This document shows, piece after piece, positions 9,426 to 18,806 of a DNA stretch of 64,000 nucleotides (within the stretch, counting starts at the first letter, position 1; every line of letters starts with the position of its first letter). The translations under genes were made by a program, and so were the position numbers. The notes below the pieces were generated by a model, which was not told the DNA's origin, ran no database searches, and saw nothing but the letters and a program-made list of their open reading frames with translations. Origin of the DNA: Elusimicrobiota bacterium (GTDB taxonomy: Bacteria; Elusimicrobiota; Elusimicrobia; UBA1565; UBA9628); NCBI GenBank assembly GCA_033875325.1, contig JANRKA010000041.1:3995-67994 (forward strand), given 5' to 3'.

Positions 9426-11105
9426 ATGCGCAAGTCGCTGCTCGCCCTCCTGCTGGCCCTCGCCTCGACCGCCTCCGCGTCCGTCCCGCGCGTGCGCGTG
9501 GCCGTCGCGCCGGCCGCGGGCACCGGGTCAGCCGCCTTCGCCCGTCCCGCCGTCGTCGCGCCCGACCTGACGCGCCCGGCCGTCGCTCGCGTCGTCCCGC
9601 TCGCGGCGCTGAGCCTGGGGCCGAGCCTCGCCGCGGTCGCGCCTCGGTTGCCGGCATCGGCGCCGATGCCGGGCGTCCCGCTGCAGGCCACCGTGAGGGC
9701 CGCGGCGGCGCCGAACGTCCTCGCCGCCCCGCCGCAATCCGCGCCGGCCGAAGCCGCCGGGCCCGCCCTCATCGACCGCCTGCGCGAGCACGGCGCCGGG
9801 GCCGCGGCCGTGGCCCGAGACGGCGGCTCGGACGCGGCCGAGGCCAATTTCAACGCCGCGGCCGGCTTCGCGCCCGTATCCCTGCGCTCGTCGCTGCTGC
9901 GCGGCGTCTCGGCCGCCGCGGTCGCGGTCCCGGCGGACGCGCCGTCCAGCTTCCGAAGCCTGTGGCGCCTGCTCAACCCCGGCGGCAAAGGCGCCGGCCC
10001 CGGCGCGAAGAAAGCCGCCGCGGGCGAAGACGCGCTCTACGACCGGCTGCTCCAGCATCTGACCCTCGATGACCGCGGCAGCCCCGAGGAGAAGGCGGCG
10101 CTGGAGCGGACGCTGCGCACGATGCTGCGCAGCCCCACCGCGCGCAAATACGCCGAGGAGTTCATCGCCGAGGGCCTGCGCGGCGTCGTGCGCTTCGACG
10201 AGGTGGAAGGCTCCAAGGTGTACGAGTTCGACGGCCGCAAGATCTTCTACGCGCCGCGCGCGTTCACCGAATGGAAGGACGGCTACGCCGAGGTCCGGCT
10301 CAACCGCGACTACCTCGACAGCGACGCGGAGTATTTCCGCGAGGACGCGCCGCCCACCCTCGCCCACGAGCTCCTCGGCCACGGCCTGTGGTACGGACGC
10401 ATGGCCAAGCAGGGCCTGCAGGACCTGTTCCACATCCACGAGAACAACGAGACCAACGCCAAACTCGTCGGCTGGCTGGCGGGCTGGGAGCTCAACAAGC
10501 GCTTCCACGACACCTTCGCCTGGGAGTATCTCTCGGACCCGGCCCGTTACCTGCAGGGGCTGAAGATCCGCCAGCCCTACTACTCGGTGACCTACACCAC
10601 CGAGCAGATGGCCGACCCCGTCGCGGCGCTCGAGGAGCGCCTGACCGCGCTGCGGTCCGTCCGCGAGCAGTACGAACACGGCCTGCGCAACACCCGCTCT
10701 TGGACCCCCGTCATCGACCACTTCGTGACGCACCACGGCGTCGCGGAGGGGCGTTTCGAGCGGCTGCGCGAGGACCTCGCTCAGCGCGAGAGCGCCATCG
10801 AAGGCGAGCTCGAGAACCTCAAGGCCATCGAGCACGCCATCACCGTCACCATCGCCTTCTACCGCTCTCCCGAAGGCGCGCCCGGCCTGGAGGTCCTCAA
10901 GTCGGCCGGGAGCTACGCCGAGTTCGACCGCCTCCAGTCCGAGGTGGACGCCATGACGGACGAGCTGCGCGCCGCCGTCGCCAAGGAACCCGCCCGTCCC
11001 GCCCCCGCCCCCACGCCCTGGCCGAAGGACCAGATCGGCTGGGACGAGCTGCAGCGGATGTTCGAGAAGGACGCCCGCGAGCACCCCGCCCACTGGAACC
11101 GCTGA
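9426..11105 (+). CDS. Secreted protein with Ala/Pro-rich N-region and putative zinc metallopeptidase domain (HELLGH)
   Basis: Signal peptide MRKSLLALLLALASTASA from ATG 9426 (TACACT at 9412-9417); 'TLAHELLGHGL' followed by 'ENNETNA'; C-terminal helical/coiled-coil region. Confidence 0.75.
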   Translation: MRKSLLALLLALASTASASVPRVRVAVAPAAGTGSAAFARPAVVAPDLTRPAVARVVPLAALSLGPSLAAVAPRLPASAPMPGVPLQATVRAAAAPNVLAAPPQSAPAEAAGPALIDRLREHGAGAAAVARDGGSDAAEANFNAAAGFAPVSLRSSLLRGVSAAAVAVPADAPSSFRSLWRLLNPGGKGAGPGAKKAAAGEDALYDRLLQHLTLDDRGSPEEKAALERTLRTMLRSPTARKYAEEFIAEGLRGVVRFDEVEGSKVYEFDGRKIFYAPRAFTEWKDGYAEVRLNRDYLDSDAEYFREDAPPTLAHELLGHGLWYGRMAKQGLQDLFHIHENNETNAKLVGWLAGWELNKRFHDTFAWEYLSDPARYLQGLKIRQPYYSVTYTTEQMADPVAALEERLTALRSVREQYEHGLRNTRSWTPVIDHFVTHHGVAEGRFERLREDLAQRESAIEGELENLKAIEHAITVTIAFYRSPEGAPGLEVLKSAGSYAEFDRLQSEVDAMTDELRAAVAKEPARPAPAPTPWPKDQIGWDELQRMFEKDAREHPAHWNR

Positions 11106-11114
11106 CCGCGGCGG

Positions 11115-11612
11115 TCAGCGGAAGTTCTTGAACTGGAGCTCGATGCCGTAGCTGCCTTGGCGCAGCAGGTTCATCGTGGCTTGGAGCTCGTCCTTGGACT
11201 TGCTCGACACGCGCAGCTGCTCGTTCTGGAGCTGGGCATTGACCTTGAGCTTGGCGTCCTTGAGGGCGCGCTGCATCTCCTTGGCCTTGTCGGTGGGGAT
11301 GCCGGACTGGATGGCCACCTCCACCTTCGCGGTCGCGCCCAACGCGTGCTCCACCGCGCCCTTGGTGAAGTTCTTGACCGGCAGGCCGCGTTTGGCCAGG
11401 CGGGTGAAGAGGATGTCGATGACCTGGTCGATCTTGAAGTCGTCGGCGGCGCGCACCAGGAGCTTCTTGGCCTTGGCGTCGAGCTCGATGGTCGCGTTGG
11501 CGCCCTTGAGGTCGAAGCGGTTGGCGATCTCCTTCATCGCCGTCTGCACGCCCTCGGAGACGAGGTTCAGGTCCACCTCGCTCACCACGTCGAAAGAGAA
11601 GTCGCTGGCCAT
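11115..11612 (-). CDS. yajQ: YajQ family nucleotide/cyclic di-GMP-binding protein
   Basis: SFDVVSEVD, NRFDLKG, LRVSSKSKDELQ, LQFKNFR. Confidence 0.93.
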   Translation of the reverse strand: MASDFSFDVVSEVDLNLVSEGVQTAMKEIANRFDLKGANATIELDAKAKKLLVRAADDFKIDQVIDILFTRLAKRGLPVKNFTKGAVEHALGATAKVEVAIQSGIPTDKAKEMQRALKDAKLKVNAQLQNEQLRVSSKSKDELQATMNLLRQGSYGIELQFKNFR

Positions 11613-11617
11613 GTCGT

Positions 11618-13267
11618 TTACCTCATCGGGAACTTCAGGGATTTGTGCTTCCGCGCGAAGGCCTTGGCCTGCGGGTAGCCGGCGTCGAAGTGGCGGGCCA
11701 CGCCGAGGCCCGGATCGTTGGTGAGCACGCGCGTCAGGCGTTCGTCCATCGCCTTGGTGCCGTCGGCGACGGTGACCTGGCCGGCGTGCAGCGAGTAGCC
11801 CATCCCGACGCCGCCGCCGTGGTGGAAGCTCACCCAGGAGGCGCCGGAGGCGGTGGAGAGCAGGGCGTTCAAGATGGGCCAGTCGGCCACCGCGTCGGAG
11901 CCGTCGCGCATGGCTTCGGTCTCGCGGTTGGGAGAGGCCACCGAGCCGCAGTCGAGGTGGTCGCGGCCGATGACGATGGGCGCGGCGACCTTCTTCTTGC
12001 GCACGAGCCAGTTCAGGCGCCGGCCCATCTCGTCGCGCTCGCCGTAGCCGAGCCAGCAGATGCGGGCGGGCAGCCCCTGGAAGGCGACCTTGCGGGAGGC
12101 GAGGCCGATCCAGCGGCGCAACGACTCGTTCTTCGGGAAAGCGGCGAGGACTTCTTTGTCCGTGACGGCGATGTCGGCGGGGTCGCCGGACAACGCGGCC
12201 CAGCGGAAAGGCCCCTTGCCCTCGCAGAAAAGAGGCCGGATGTACTCGGGCACGAAGCCCTTGATGTCGAAGGCGTTCTTCACGCCCGCCTCGACGGCGC
12301 GCGCGCGGATGTTGTTGCCGTAGTCGAAAGTGACGGCGCCTTGCTTCTGCAGCTCGAGCATGGCTTCGACGTGTGAGCCCATGCTCGCCACGGCGCGTCT
12401 GACCACGGACTGGGGGTCCTTCTTGCGAAGCCTCGCCGCGTCGGACAGCGTCATGCCTTTGGGCAAATAGCCGTAAAGGGGGTCGTGCGCGGAAGTCTGA
12501 TCGGTCAAAAGGTCCACTTCGACGCGTCGTTTGGCCAGCTCGGGGATCACGTCCGCGGCGTTGCCCAGAAGACCGACCGACAGGGCTTCTCCCCTCGCTT
12601 TGGCGCGGAGGACCCTCTCCAACGCCCGGTCCAAGTCGTCTTCGACCGCGTCGAGGTAACGGGTCTTCAGGCGGAAGCGCAGGCGGGTCGCGTCCACGTC
12701 CACGCCCAGGAACGCCGCGCCGTTCATGGTCGCGGCCAACGGCTGCGCGCCGCCCATGCCGCCGAGCCCGGCGGAGACGACGAGCCGGCCGGTCAACGAG
12801 CCGCCGAAATGCCGCTTGGCGGCCGCGGCGAAGGTCTCGTAGGTGCCCTGCAGGATGCCCTGCGTGCCGATGTAGATCCAGGAACCCGCGGTCATCTGTC
12901 CGTACATCATCAGGCCCTTCTTATCGAGCTCGTCGAAATGGTCCCAGTCCGCCCATTTGCCGACCAAGTTGGAGTTGGCGATGAGCACGCGCGGCGCGCC
13001 TTCGTGCGTGCGGAACACGGCGACGGGTTTTCCCGATTGCACGAGCAAGGTCTCGTCGTCGCCCAGGGCCCGCAGAGACCTCACGATGGCGTCGTAACAG
13101 GCCCAGTCGCGCGCCGCTTTGCCGCGGCCGCCGTACACCACGAGGTCCTGAGGGCGTTCCGCCACCTCGGGGTCGAGGTTGTTCATGAGCATGCGCAGGG
13201 CGGCTTCCTGCTGCCAGCCTTTGCAGCTGATGCGGGTGCCGCGGGCGGCCCGGATGAATCGTGTCAT
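11618..13267 (-). CDS. hutU: Urocanate hydratase
   Basis: [66 protein letters not shown]. Confidence 0.98.
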   Translation of the reverse strand: MTRFIRAARGTRISCKGWQQEAALRMLMNNLDPEVAERPQDLVVYGGRGKAARDWACYDAIVRSLRALGDDETLLVQSGKPVAVFRTHEGAPRVLIANSNLVGKWADWDHFDELDKKGLMMYGQMTAGSWIYIGTQGILQGTYETFAAAAKRHFGGSLTGRLVVSAGLGGMGGAQPLAATMNGAAFLGVDVDATRLRFRLKTRYLDAVEDDLDRALERVLRAKARGEALSVGLLGNAADVIPELAKRRVEVDLLTDQTSAHDPLYGYLPKGMTLSDAARLRKKDPQSVVRRAVASMGSHVEAMLELQKQGAVTFDYGNNIRARAVEAGVKNAFDIKGFVPEYIRPLFCEGKGPFRWAALSGDPADIAVTDKEVLAAFPKNESLRRWIGLASRKVAFQGLPARICWLGYGERDEMGRRLNWLVRKKKVAAPIVIGRDHLDCGSVASPNRETEAMRDGSDAVADWPILNALLSTASGASWVSFHHGGGVGMGYSLHAGQVTVADGTKAMDERLTRVLTNDPGLGVARHFDAGYPQAKAFARKHKSLKFPMR

Positions 13268-13287
13268 GCGTGTTTTGTCTTGAGAGG

Positions 13288-13336
13288 TGTTGTTAACAAC
13301 AGTTGATAAGCCGCTGCATGTGGATAACGCGGATAA
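13288..13336. promoter_or_regulatory. Putative DnaA-box cluster with a 14-bp palindrome in the hutH-hutU spacer
   Basis: Perfect TGTGGATAA (13319-13327) directly followed by CGCGGATAA (13328-13336); AGTTGATAA (13301-13309); palindrome TGTTGTTAACAACA (13288-13301). Confidence 0.5.
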
Positions 13337-14836
13337 CTAAGCGAGCGCCTCATCGAAAGCGCCCGACAAGATGAGCTCGCGCGCCGTCTCCAGGCGGCCC
13401 GACAACACCTCGTCGCGTTTGGTGGGCTTCACCTTGGCGCGCAGGACGGCCAGGGCCCGCTCCACGCCCTTCCCGGACTTGAGCGGCCGGTGGAAGTCGA
13501 GGGCCTGCGAGGCGCACACCAGCTCGATGGCGGCGACCTGGGCGGCGTTCCAGACCACCTTCTTGAACTTGAGCGCCGACCACATCCCCATGCTCACGAA
13601 ATCTTCCTTGTTGGCGGAGGTGGGGACCGAGTCGGCGGACGCGGGATGGGCGAGCGCCTTGTTCTCCGACGCCAGGGCCGCGGCGGCATACTGCGCGATC
13701 ATGTAGCCCGATTCCACGCCCGGGTCGCGGGTGAGGAACGGCTGGAGGCGTGGGGCGATGCCGGCGGTGACTTGGAATGTGCGCCGCTCGGAGACGTTGG
13801 CGAGCGCCGCGAGCGCGCCGGCGGCGGAGTCGAAGGCGAAGGAGAGCGCCTGGCCGTGGAAATTGCCCCCTGAAAGGACGCGTCCATCCACGACGAGCGG
13901 GTTGTCGGTGACCGAGCCGAGCTCGACTTCGACGACAGCGCGAGCGTGCTCCAGCCGGTCGAGGACCGCGCCGTGCACCTGCGGGGCGCAGCGCAGCGAG
14001 TAGGAGTCCTGCACGCGCGGGTCGCCGGCGATGTGGGAGCGGCGGATCTCGGAGCCCGCCAGCAGCCGGCGCAGGCCGGCCGCGGCGGCGACCTGGCCCG
14101 GGTGAGGCTTGAGCGCCTGGACGGCGGCGTCGTAAGGCGCGGGCGTTCCGGTGAGGGCGTCGAGCGACATCGCGCAGGCCAGCTGCGTCGCGTCGTAGAC
14201 TCGTCTCGCCGTCAACAACGCCAGTCCGCCGATGGCCTGCATCGCCTGAGTCCCGTTCAACAACGAGAGGCCCTCTTTTTCGGCCAACACGAAGGGCTTC
14301 AACCCGGCTTTCCTCAACGCGAGCGCCGACGGCATGCGGCGGCCGCGGAAGAAGGCGTCCCCCTCGCCGATGACCGCCAAGGCCATGTGAGCCTGCGGCG
14401 CCAGGTCCCCGGACGCGCCGACGGAGCCTCGCGAAGGGATCAGCGGCGTGACGCCCGCGTCGAGCATCTTCGCCAGGTGCCGCACCAAGGCCGGCCGCAC
14501 TCCCGAGAAGCCGCGGGACAACTCGTTGAGGCGCAGGAACAGGATCGCGCGCGCCTCGGCCTCGGCCAACGGCTCTCCCACGCCGCAGGCGTGGGAGAGG
14601 ACCAGGTTGCGCTGCATCTGCGCCAGGCGCGAGGACGAGATGCGCGTGGAAGCGAGCTCCCCGAAGCCGGTGTTGACGCCGTACACGGCCTTCCCGGAGA
14701 CGAGGATCGCCTCGAGGGTGCGGCGCGAGGCCGCGACGCGACGGACGGCCGGCGCGGCGAGCACGGCGCGCAGCCGTCCTTCGGCCACCGCCGCGACGTC
14801 CTCCAGCCGGACGGCCGCGGACCCGAGCCTAAACAC
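13337..14836 (-). CDS. hutH: Histidine ammonia-lyase
   Basis: VYGVNTGFG, SH specificity pair in LVLSHACGVG, MIO-forming GSVGASGDLAP, VQDSYSLRCAPQVHG, SGGNFHG. Confidence 0.96.
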   Translation of the reverse strand: MFRLGSAAVRLEDVAAVAEGRLRAVLAAPAVRRVAASRRTLEAILVSGKAVYGVNTGFGELASTRISSSRLAQMQRNLVLSHACGVGEPLAEAEARAILFLRLNELSRGFSGVRPALVRHLAKMLDAGVTPLIPSRGSVGASGDLAPQAHMALAVIGEGDAFFRGRRMPSALALRKAGLKPFVLAEKEGLSLLNGTQAMQAIGGLALLTARRVYDATQLACAMSLDALTGTPAPYDAAVQALKPHPGQVAAAAGLRRLLAGSEIRRSHIAGDPRVQDSYSLRCAPQVHGAVLDRLEHARAVVEVELGSVTDNPLVVDGRVLSGGNFHGQALSFAFDSAAGALAALANVSERRTFQVTAGIAPRLQPFLTRDPGVESGYMIAQYAAAALASENKALAHPASADSVPTSANKEDFVSMGMWSALKFKKVVWNAAQVAAIELVCASQALDFHRPLKSGKGVERALAVLRAKVKPTKRDEVLSGRLETARELILSGAFDEALA

Positions 14837-15974
14837 GCTCGACGGCCACCGCGACGGCCTCGCCGCCGCCGAGGCAGATGCCGGCCACGCCGCGCTTGCC
14901 GCCGCGGATCTTCAGGGCGTTGAGCAAAGTGACCAGGATGCGCGCGCCCGACGCGCCGAGCGGGTGGCCGAGCGCGACGGCTCCGCCGTGCGCGTTGACC
15001 TTCTCCAGCGGCAGGCCGGAGAGCTTCGACACCGCGAGCGTGACGACCGCGAACGCCTCGTTGACCTCGAAGAGGTCCACGGAATCCTTCGACCAGTTAA
15101 GCTTCTTGAGGAGCTTGTCCACGGCGCCCGCCGGGGCGGTGGTGAACCACTTGGGCTCCTGCGAGTGGGTGGCCCAGCCCGCGATGCGCGCCAGGGGCTT
15201 GAGGCCCGCCGCGCCTTTGGCGCTGGAGAGCACCAGGGCGGCCGCGCCGTCGTTGAGCTTGGAGGCGTTGGCCGCGGTGATGGTGCCGTCCTTCTGGAAG
15301 GCGGGGCGCAGCTTGCCGACCTTGTCGAGCTTGGCGCGGCCGGGCTCTTCGTCGGCGTCGATGCCGTCGATGGAGACTATCTCGTCCTTGAAGACGCCCT
15401 TGGCCTGGGCCTCCTGCGCCCGGGTGTAGGACTTCACGGCCCAGTCGTCCTGCATCTCGCGCGTGATCTGGTGCTCCTTGGCGCAGAGCTCGCCGCAATC
15501 GCCCATGTGCACGCCGTCATAAGGGTCCATGAGCCCGTCGCGCAGGATGGAGTCCACGAGCACCGCGTTGCCGTAGCGATAACCCGAGCGCGCCTTGTCG
15601 AGGAGATAAGGAGCCTTCGACATGGACTCCATGCCGCCGGCCAACGCGTAGTCCTGCTCGCCCAAGGCGATTCCCTGCGCGGCCATCATGACGGCCTTCA
15701 TGCCCGAGCCGCACACCTTGTTGACGGTCGTGGCGCCGACGGAGACCGGGATGCCCGCCGCGATGGCGGCCTGGCGCGCGGGCGCCTGGCCGATGCCGGC
15801 CGGGATGACGCAGCCCATCACGACCTCGCCGAGCTGCTCGGCCTTGACGCCTGATCTGGCCAACGCGTCGGCCGCGGCCTTCGCGCCGAGTTGGGGCGCC
15901 GTGTAGTTGGCCAAGGCCCCGTTGAGGGAGCCGATGGCGGTGCGGGAGGCGGAGAGGATGAGGATGTCGCTCAT
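14829..15974 (-). CDS. Acetyl-CoA C-acyltransferase (thiolase)
   Basis: NKVCGSG, FEVNEAF, GHPLGASG, CLGGG. Confidence 0.95.
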   Translation of the reverse strand: MSDILILSASRTAIGSLNGALANYTAPQLGAKAAADALARSGVKAEQLGEVVMGCVIPAGIGQAPARQAAIAAGIPVSVGATTVNKVCGSGMKAVMMAAQGIALGEQDYALAGGMESMSKAPYLLDKARSGYRYGNAVLVDSILRDGLMDPYDGVHMGDCGELCAKEHQITREMQDDWAVKSYTRAQEAQAKGVFKDEIVSIDGIDADEEPGRAKLDKVGKLRPAFQKDGTITAANASKLNDGAAALVLSSAKGAAGLKPLARIAGWATHSQEPKWFTTAPAGAVDKLLKKLNWSKDSVDLFEVNEAFAVVTLAVSKLSGLPLEKVNAHGGAVALGHPLGASGARILVTLLNALKIRGGKRGVAGICLGGGEAVAVAVERV

Positions 15975-15987
15975 GGCGCGGTGACTC

Positions 15988-16704
15988 CTAGGAGTAGTAG
16001 ATGACGCGCGCCGCCAGCCCGCAGAGGAGGGCGACGGCCGTGCCGACGTAGAAGGTGAAGCCGGACAGATCGAAGAGGCGGTGCCGGCGCAGGAAGAACA
16101 TCACGCCCAGCCAGGCCGCCGCCAGGAGCGCGGCGCCGCCGACGCTGGGGAAGAGGATGCACAAGGCCAGGACGAGGCGCTCGGCCATGGCGAGGTACTT
16201 CTCGTCGTCTCCCGGATACTGGGAGCCGTAGAGGTCCTTCTCGATGAAGTAGATGAGGACCGTGCACGCGTGCGTCGCCAGCACGAACAGGCAGCCCAGC
16301 ACGGGCCACTTCTCCGGGAAGAAACCCGGGGCGATGGCCGCGCGAGCGGCGATGGGCACGACCAGGAAGATGAAGGCGTAGTGGATGACCTGGTCCCACA
16401 TCAGGAAGGCCGTGTTGTCGGGCATCCCGTAGCGCTTGATGGCGTAGATGCGCCACCAGTCTTCCAGGAAGTGGCTGACGAAGATGACCGCCAGGCAGGT
16501 CCAGCCGGTGAGGCGGACGAAGGGATGGTCCACCCAGTAGTCGCCCAGGAACGGCCAGCACAGGGCCACGTAGAAAAGCGGGTGCATCCCGCAGTGGACC
16601 AGGAGCCCGGCCATGGTCTCCCGCTTCCAGCGGTTGATGTAGTTCGTCTGGAAGGTGAAATCGGCCAACAGATGGCCGAAGGCCAGGCGCCAGAATATGT
16701 CCAT
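15988..16704 (-). CDS. DUF3307-like integral membrane protein
   Basis: Start MDIFWRLAFGHLLADFTFQT at 16704 (TAATG coupling to the cyclase stop); 'HFLED', 'WDQVIH', 'MAER'; many TM segments. Confidence 0.8.
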   Translation of the reverse strand: MDIFWRLAFGHLLADFTFQTNYINRWKRETMAGLLVHCGMHPLFYVALCWPFLGDYWVDHPFVRLTGWTCLAVIFVSHFLEDWWRIYAIKRYGMPDNTAFLMWDQVIHYAFIFLVVPIAARAAIAPGFFPEKWPVLGCLFVLATHACTVLIYFIEKDLYGSQYPGDDEKYLAMAERLVLALCILFPSVGGAALLAAAWLGVMFFLRRHRLFDLSGFTFYVGTAVALLCGLAARVIYYS

Positions 16705-18806
16705 TACTTGGCGGTGAGGTTGAAGACCTGGTCCCAGTCGTCGGGCGGCAGCGCCGCGTAGTCGCGGGCGAGCGTCAGGTAGAGCTCGCCGGGGCCGTCT
16801 TTGGGCATGAGCCGCAGGAACTCCTCGAACGCGGGCAGGGCGTCCTCGTATTTCTTGTCGTAGAAGAGCTTGACCGCCTTCTCCCAGACGGGGAGCGCCT
16901 TGACCCACGCGGGAGCGAGCTTGCCCTTCTCGGCGAGCGGCTCGTAGACCGGCACGGGCGTCTCCTTGCCGACGACGCGGGCCTTGCCGAGGTAGCGCGC
17001 CTCGATGACGTCCTTGGCGCCGAGGTAGGCGGGCTCGGAGGCGATGATCTTCGAGCCGAAGAACTTGTTGGCGCCCTCCAGGCGGGATGCCAGGTTGACC
17101 TCGTCGCCCAGCACGGTGTAGGCCAGCTTGCGCTGGGTGCCCGTGAAGCCGACGTTCATGAGGCCGGTGTTGATGCCGATGCGGATGGCCGGTATCTCGG
17201 GCAGGCCCGGGTCGAGGTCCTTGTTCAGCTCGTCGATGGCGCGCTGGCAGCCGAGCGCGGAGAGGATGGCCTCGCGCGCGTGGTCCTTGTTCTCGGTCGG
17301 CGCGTTCCAGAACGCCATGATGCAGTCGCCGATGTATTTGTCGATGGTGCCGCGGCGCTCCAAGATGACGTCGGAGAGCGCGGAGAGGTACTTGTTGAGG
17401 AACGCGATGAGCGCCTCGGGGCCCATCTTCTCGGAGATGGTGGTGAAGTGGGCGATGTCGAGGAAGAAGACGGTCATCTCGCGCTTCTGCGCGCCGAGCT
17501 TGGCCTTGTCGGGGTCGTTGGCCAGCTCCTCGACGACCTCGGGCGAGACGAACTGCCCGAACATGCTCTTGATCATCTTCTTCTCGGCGCCCTCGGCGCG
17601 CACGCGATGGATGGTCAAGGCGAGGTAGCTCAGCAGCAGGCCCAAGGTCGGCCGCATCACGTCCAGGCGCATGCCGGACTTGAACGCGACGCTGCCCGCC
17701 ACGAACCAGGCGGCGATGACGACGGCGACGGCGACCGCGCCCAGAGCCGGGGACAGCCGCAGCAGCAGCGCCGGCAGGACGGTCAGCAGCGCGACGGCCA
17801 GCGCGATGGCCCAGACCGGCGGCAGGGAGCGGAAGCGGTCGTTGAGGATGTTGTCCACGAGATTGGCGTGGTACTCGACGCCCGGCGCCTGGTGGATGAA
17901 GGGCGTCGCGTAGTGGTCGTAGTAGCCGAGGGCCGTGGAGCCGATGAGGACCATCGAGCCTTTGAGAGCCTCCTTCTCCTCGTCGCTCAGCGTCCCGTCG
18001 AGCACGTCGAGCATGGAGAGGCGCCGGTACGGCGAGTAGACCATCTTGCGCTCGGCCTCCGGCAGCTTGGCCTCGCGCACGGAGTGGCGGGGCCAGTCCA
18101 CGGGTTTGGCGAAGTTCGTGTAGAGGATGGCGGGGCGGCCGCCGGGCGCGAAGCGCTCCTCCAGCTCCCGGGTCGAGAGGCCCGCGAAACTCTTGGCGGC
18201 CGCGATCTCGAGCGCGGGCGCGTGCATGAAGGTCTTGGAAGGGTCGGCGATGCGGTCTTCGAAGAGGCGCGCGCGGCGCAGATGGCCGTCGGAATCGAGC
18301 ACGGAGTCCACGTTCGGGTAGCCGATGCCCTCGGCGGCGGCGGCCAGGGCGGGCAGCGGCTCGTTGACGACGAAGCCGCCCCCCTCGGTGCCGTCGTGCT
18401 CGTACTGGTAGAGGTGGATGACCTTGCCGAAGCGTTTGGTCGCGTCCGCCAGGGCCTTGTCCTGGGCGGGGTCGCGTTTCTCGAAGAAGAGGATGTCGAA
18501 GACCACGGTCTTGACGCCGTAGCCCTTGAGGCGGTCCAACGCCTTGGCGTAGAGGTCGCGCGGCAGCGGGAAACCCTTGCCCTTGCCCGTCTCCTCGTCC
18601 ACGGCCAGGACGATGAGCCGCGGGTCGGCGGGCGGCAACGCGTCCTGGTGCAGCCGGTGCAGGAAGTCCTGCCACACGTCCTCCTGGTGGAAGAACAGCC
18701 CGTTGAGGTTCAAGGTCAGCAGGCGCGGGTAGGTGAACAGGACGAAGAGCGGCGTGAACGCGAGGAGGAAGTAGAGCGGGAAACGGCTCTTGCGCGACTG
18801 GCTCAC
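16704..18806 (-). CDS. CHASE2-domain class III adenylate cyclase with C-terminal TPR-like tail
   Basis: N-terminal TM; CHASE2 motifs 'FPLPRDLYAKALDRL', 'FDILF', 'VLIGSTA', 'PGVEYHA'; three TMs; cyclase FLDIAHFT, DKYIGD, YTVLGDEVNLASRLE. Confidence 0.92.
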   Translation of the reverse strand: MSQSRKSRFPLYFLLAFTPLFVLFTYPRLLTLNLNGLFFHQEDVWQDFLHRLHQDALPPADPRLIVLAVDEETGKGKGFPLPRDLYAKALDRLKGYGVKTVVFDILFFEKRDPAQDKALADATKRFGKVIHLYQYEHDGTEGGGFVVNEPLPALAAAAEGIGYPNVDSVLDSDGHLRRARLFEDRIADPSKTFMHAPALEIAAAKSFAGLSTRELEERFAPGGRPAILYTNFAKPVDWPRHSVREAKLPEAERKMVYSPYRRLSMLDVLDGTLSDEEKEALKGSMVLIGSTALGYYDHYATPFIHQAPGVEYHANLVDNILNDRFRSLPPVWAIALAVALLTVLPALLLRLSPALGAVAVAVVIAAWFVAGSVAFKSGMRLDVMRPTLGLLLSYLALTIHRVRAEGAEKKMIKSMFGQFVSPEVVEELANDPDKAKLGAQKREMTVFFLDIAHFTTISEKMGPEALIAFLNKYLSALSDVILERRGTIDKYIGDCIMAFWNAPTENKDHAREAILSALGCQRAIDELNKDLDPGLPEIPAIRIGINTGLMNVGFTGTQRKLAYTVLGDEVNLASRLEGANKFFGSKIIASEPAYLGAKDVIEARYLGKARVVGKETPVPVYEPLAEKGKLAPAWVKALPVWEKAVKLFYDKKYEDALPAFEEFLRLMPKDGPGELYLTLARDYAALPPDDWDQVFNLTAK

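Noticed and set aside
13268-13336. oriC or HutC operator
   Set aside because: Too short for an origin, with no dnaA/dnaN nearby and no clear unwinding element; it does not match the TGTA-N2-TACA HutC-type site
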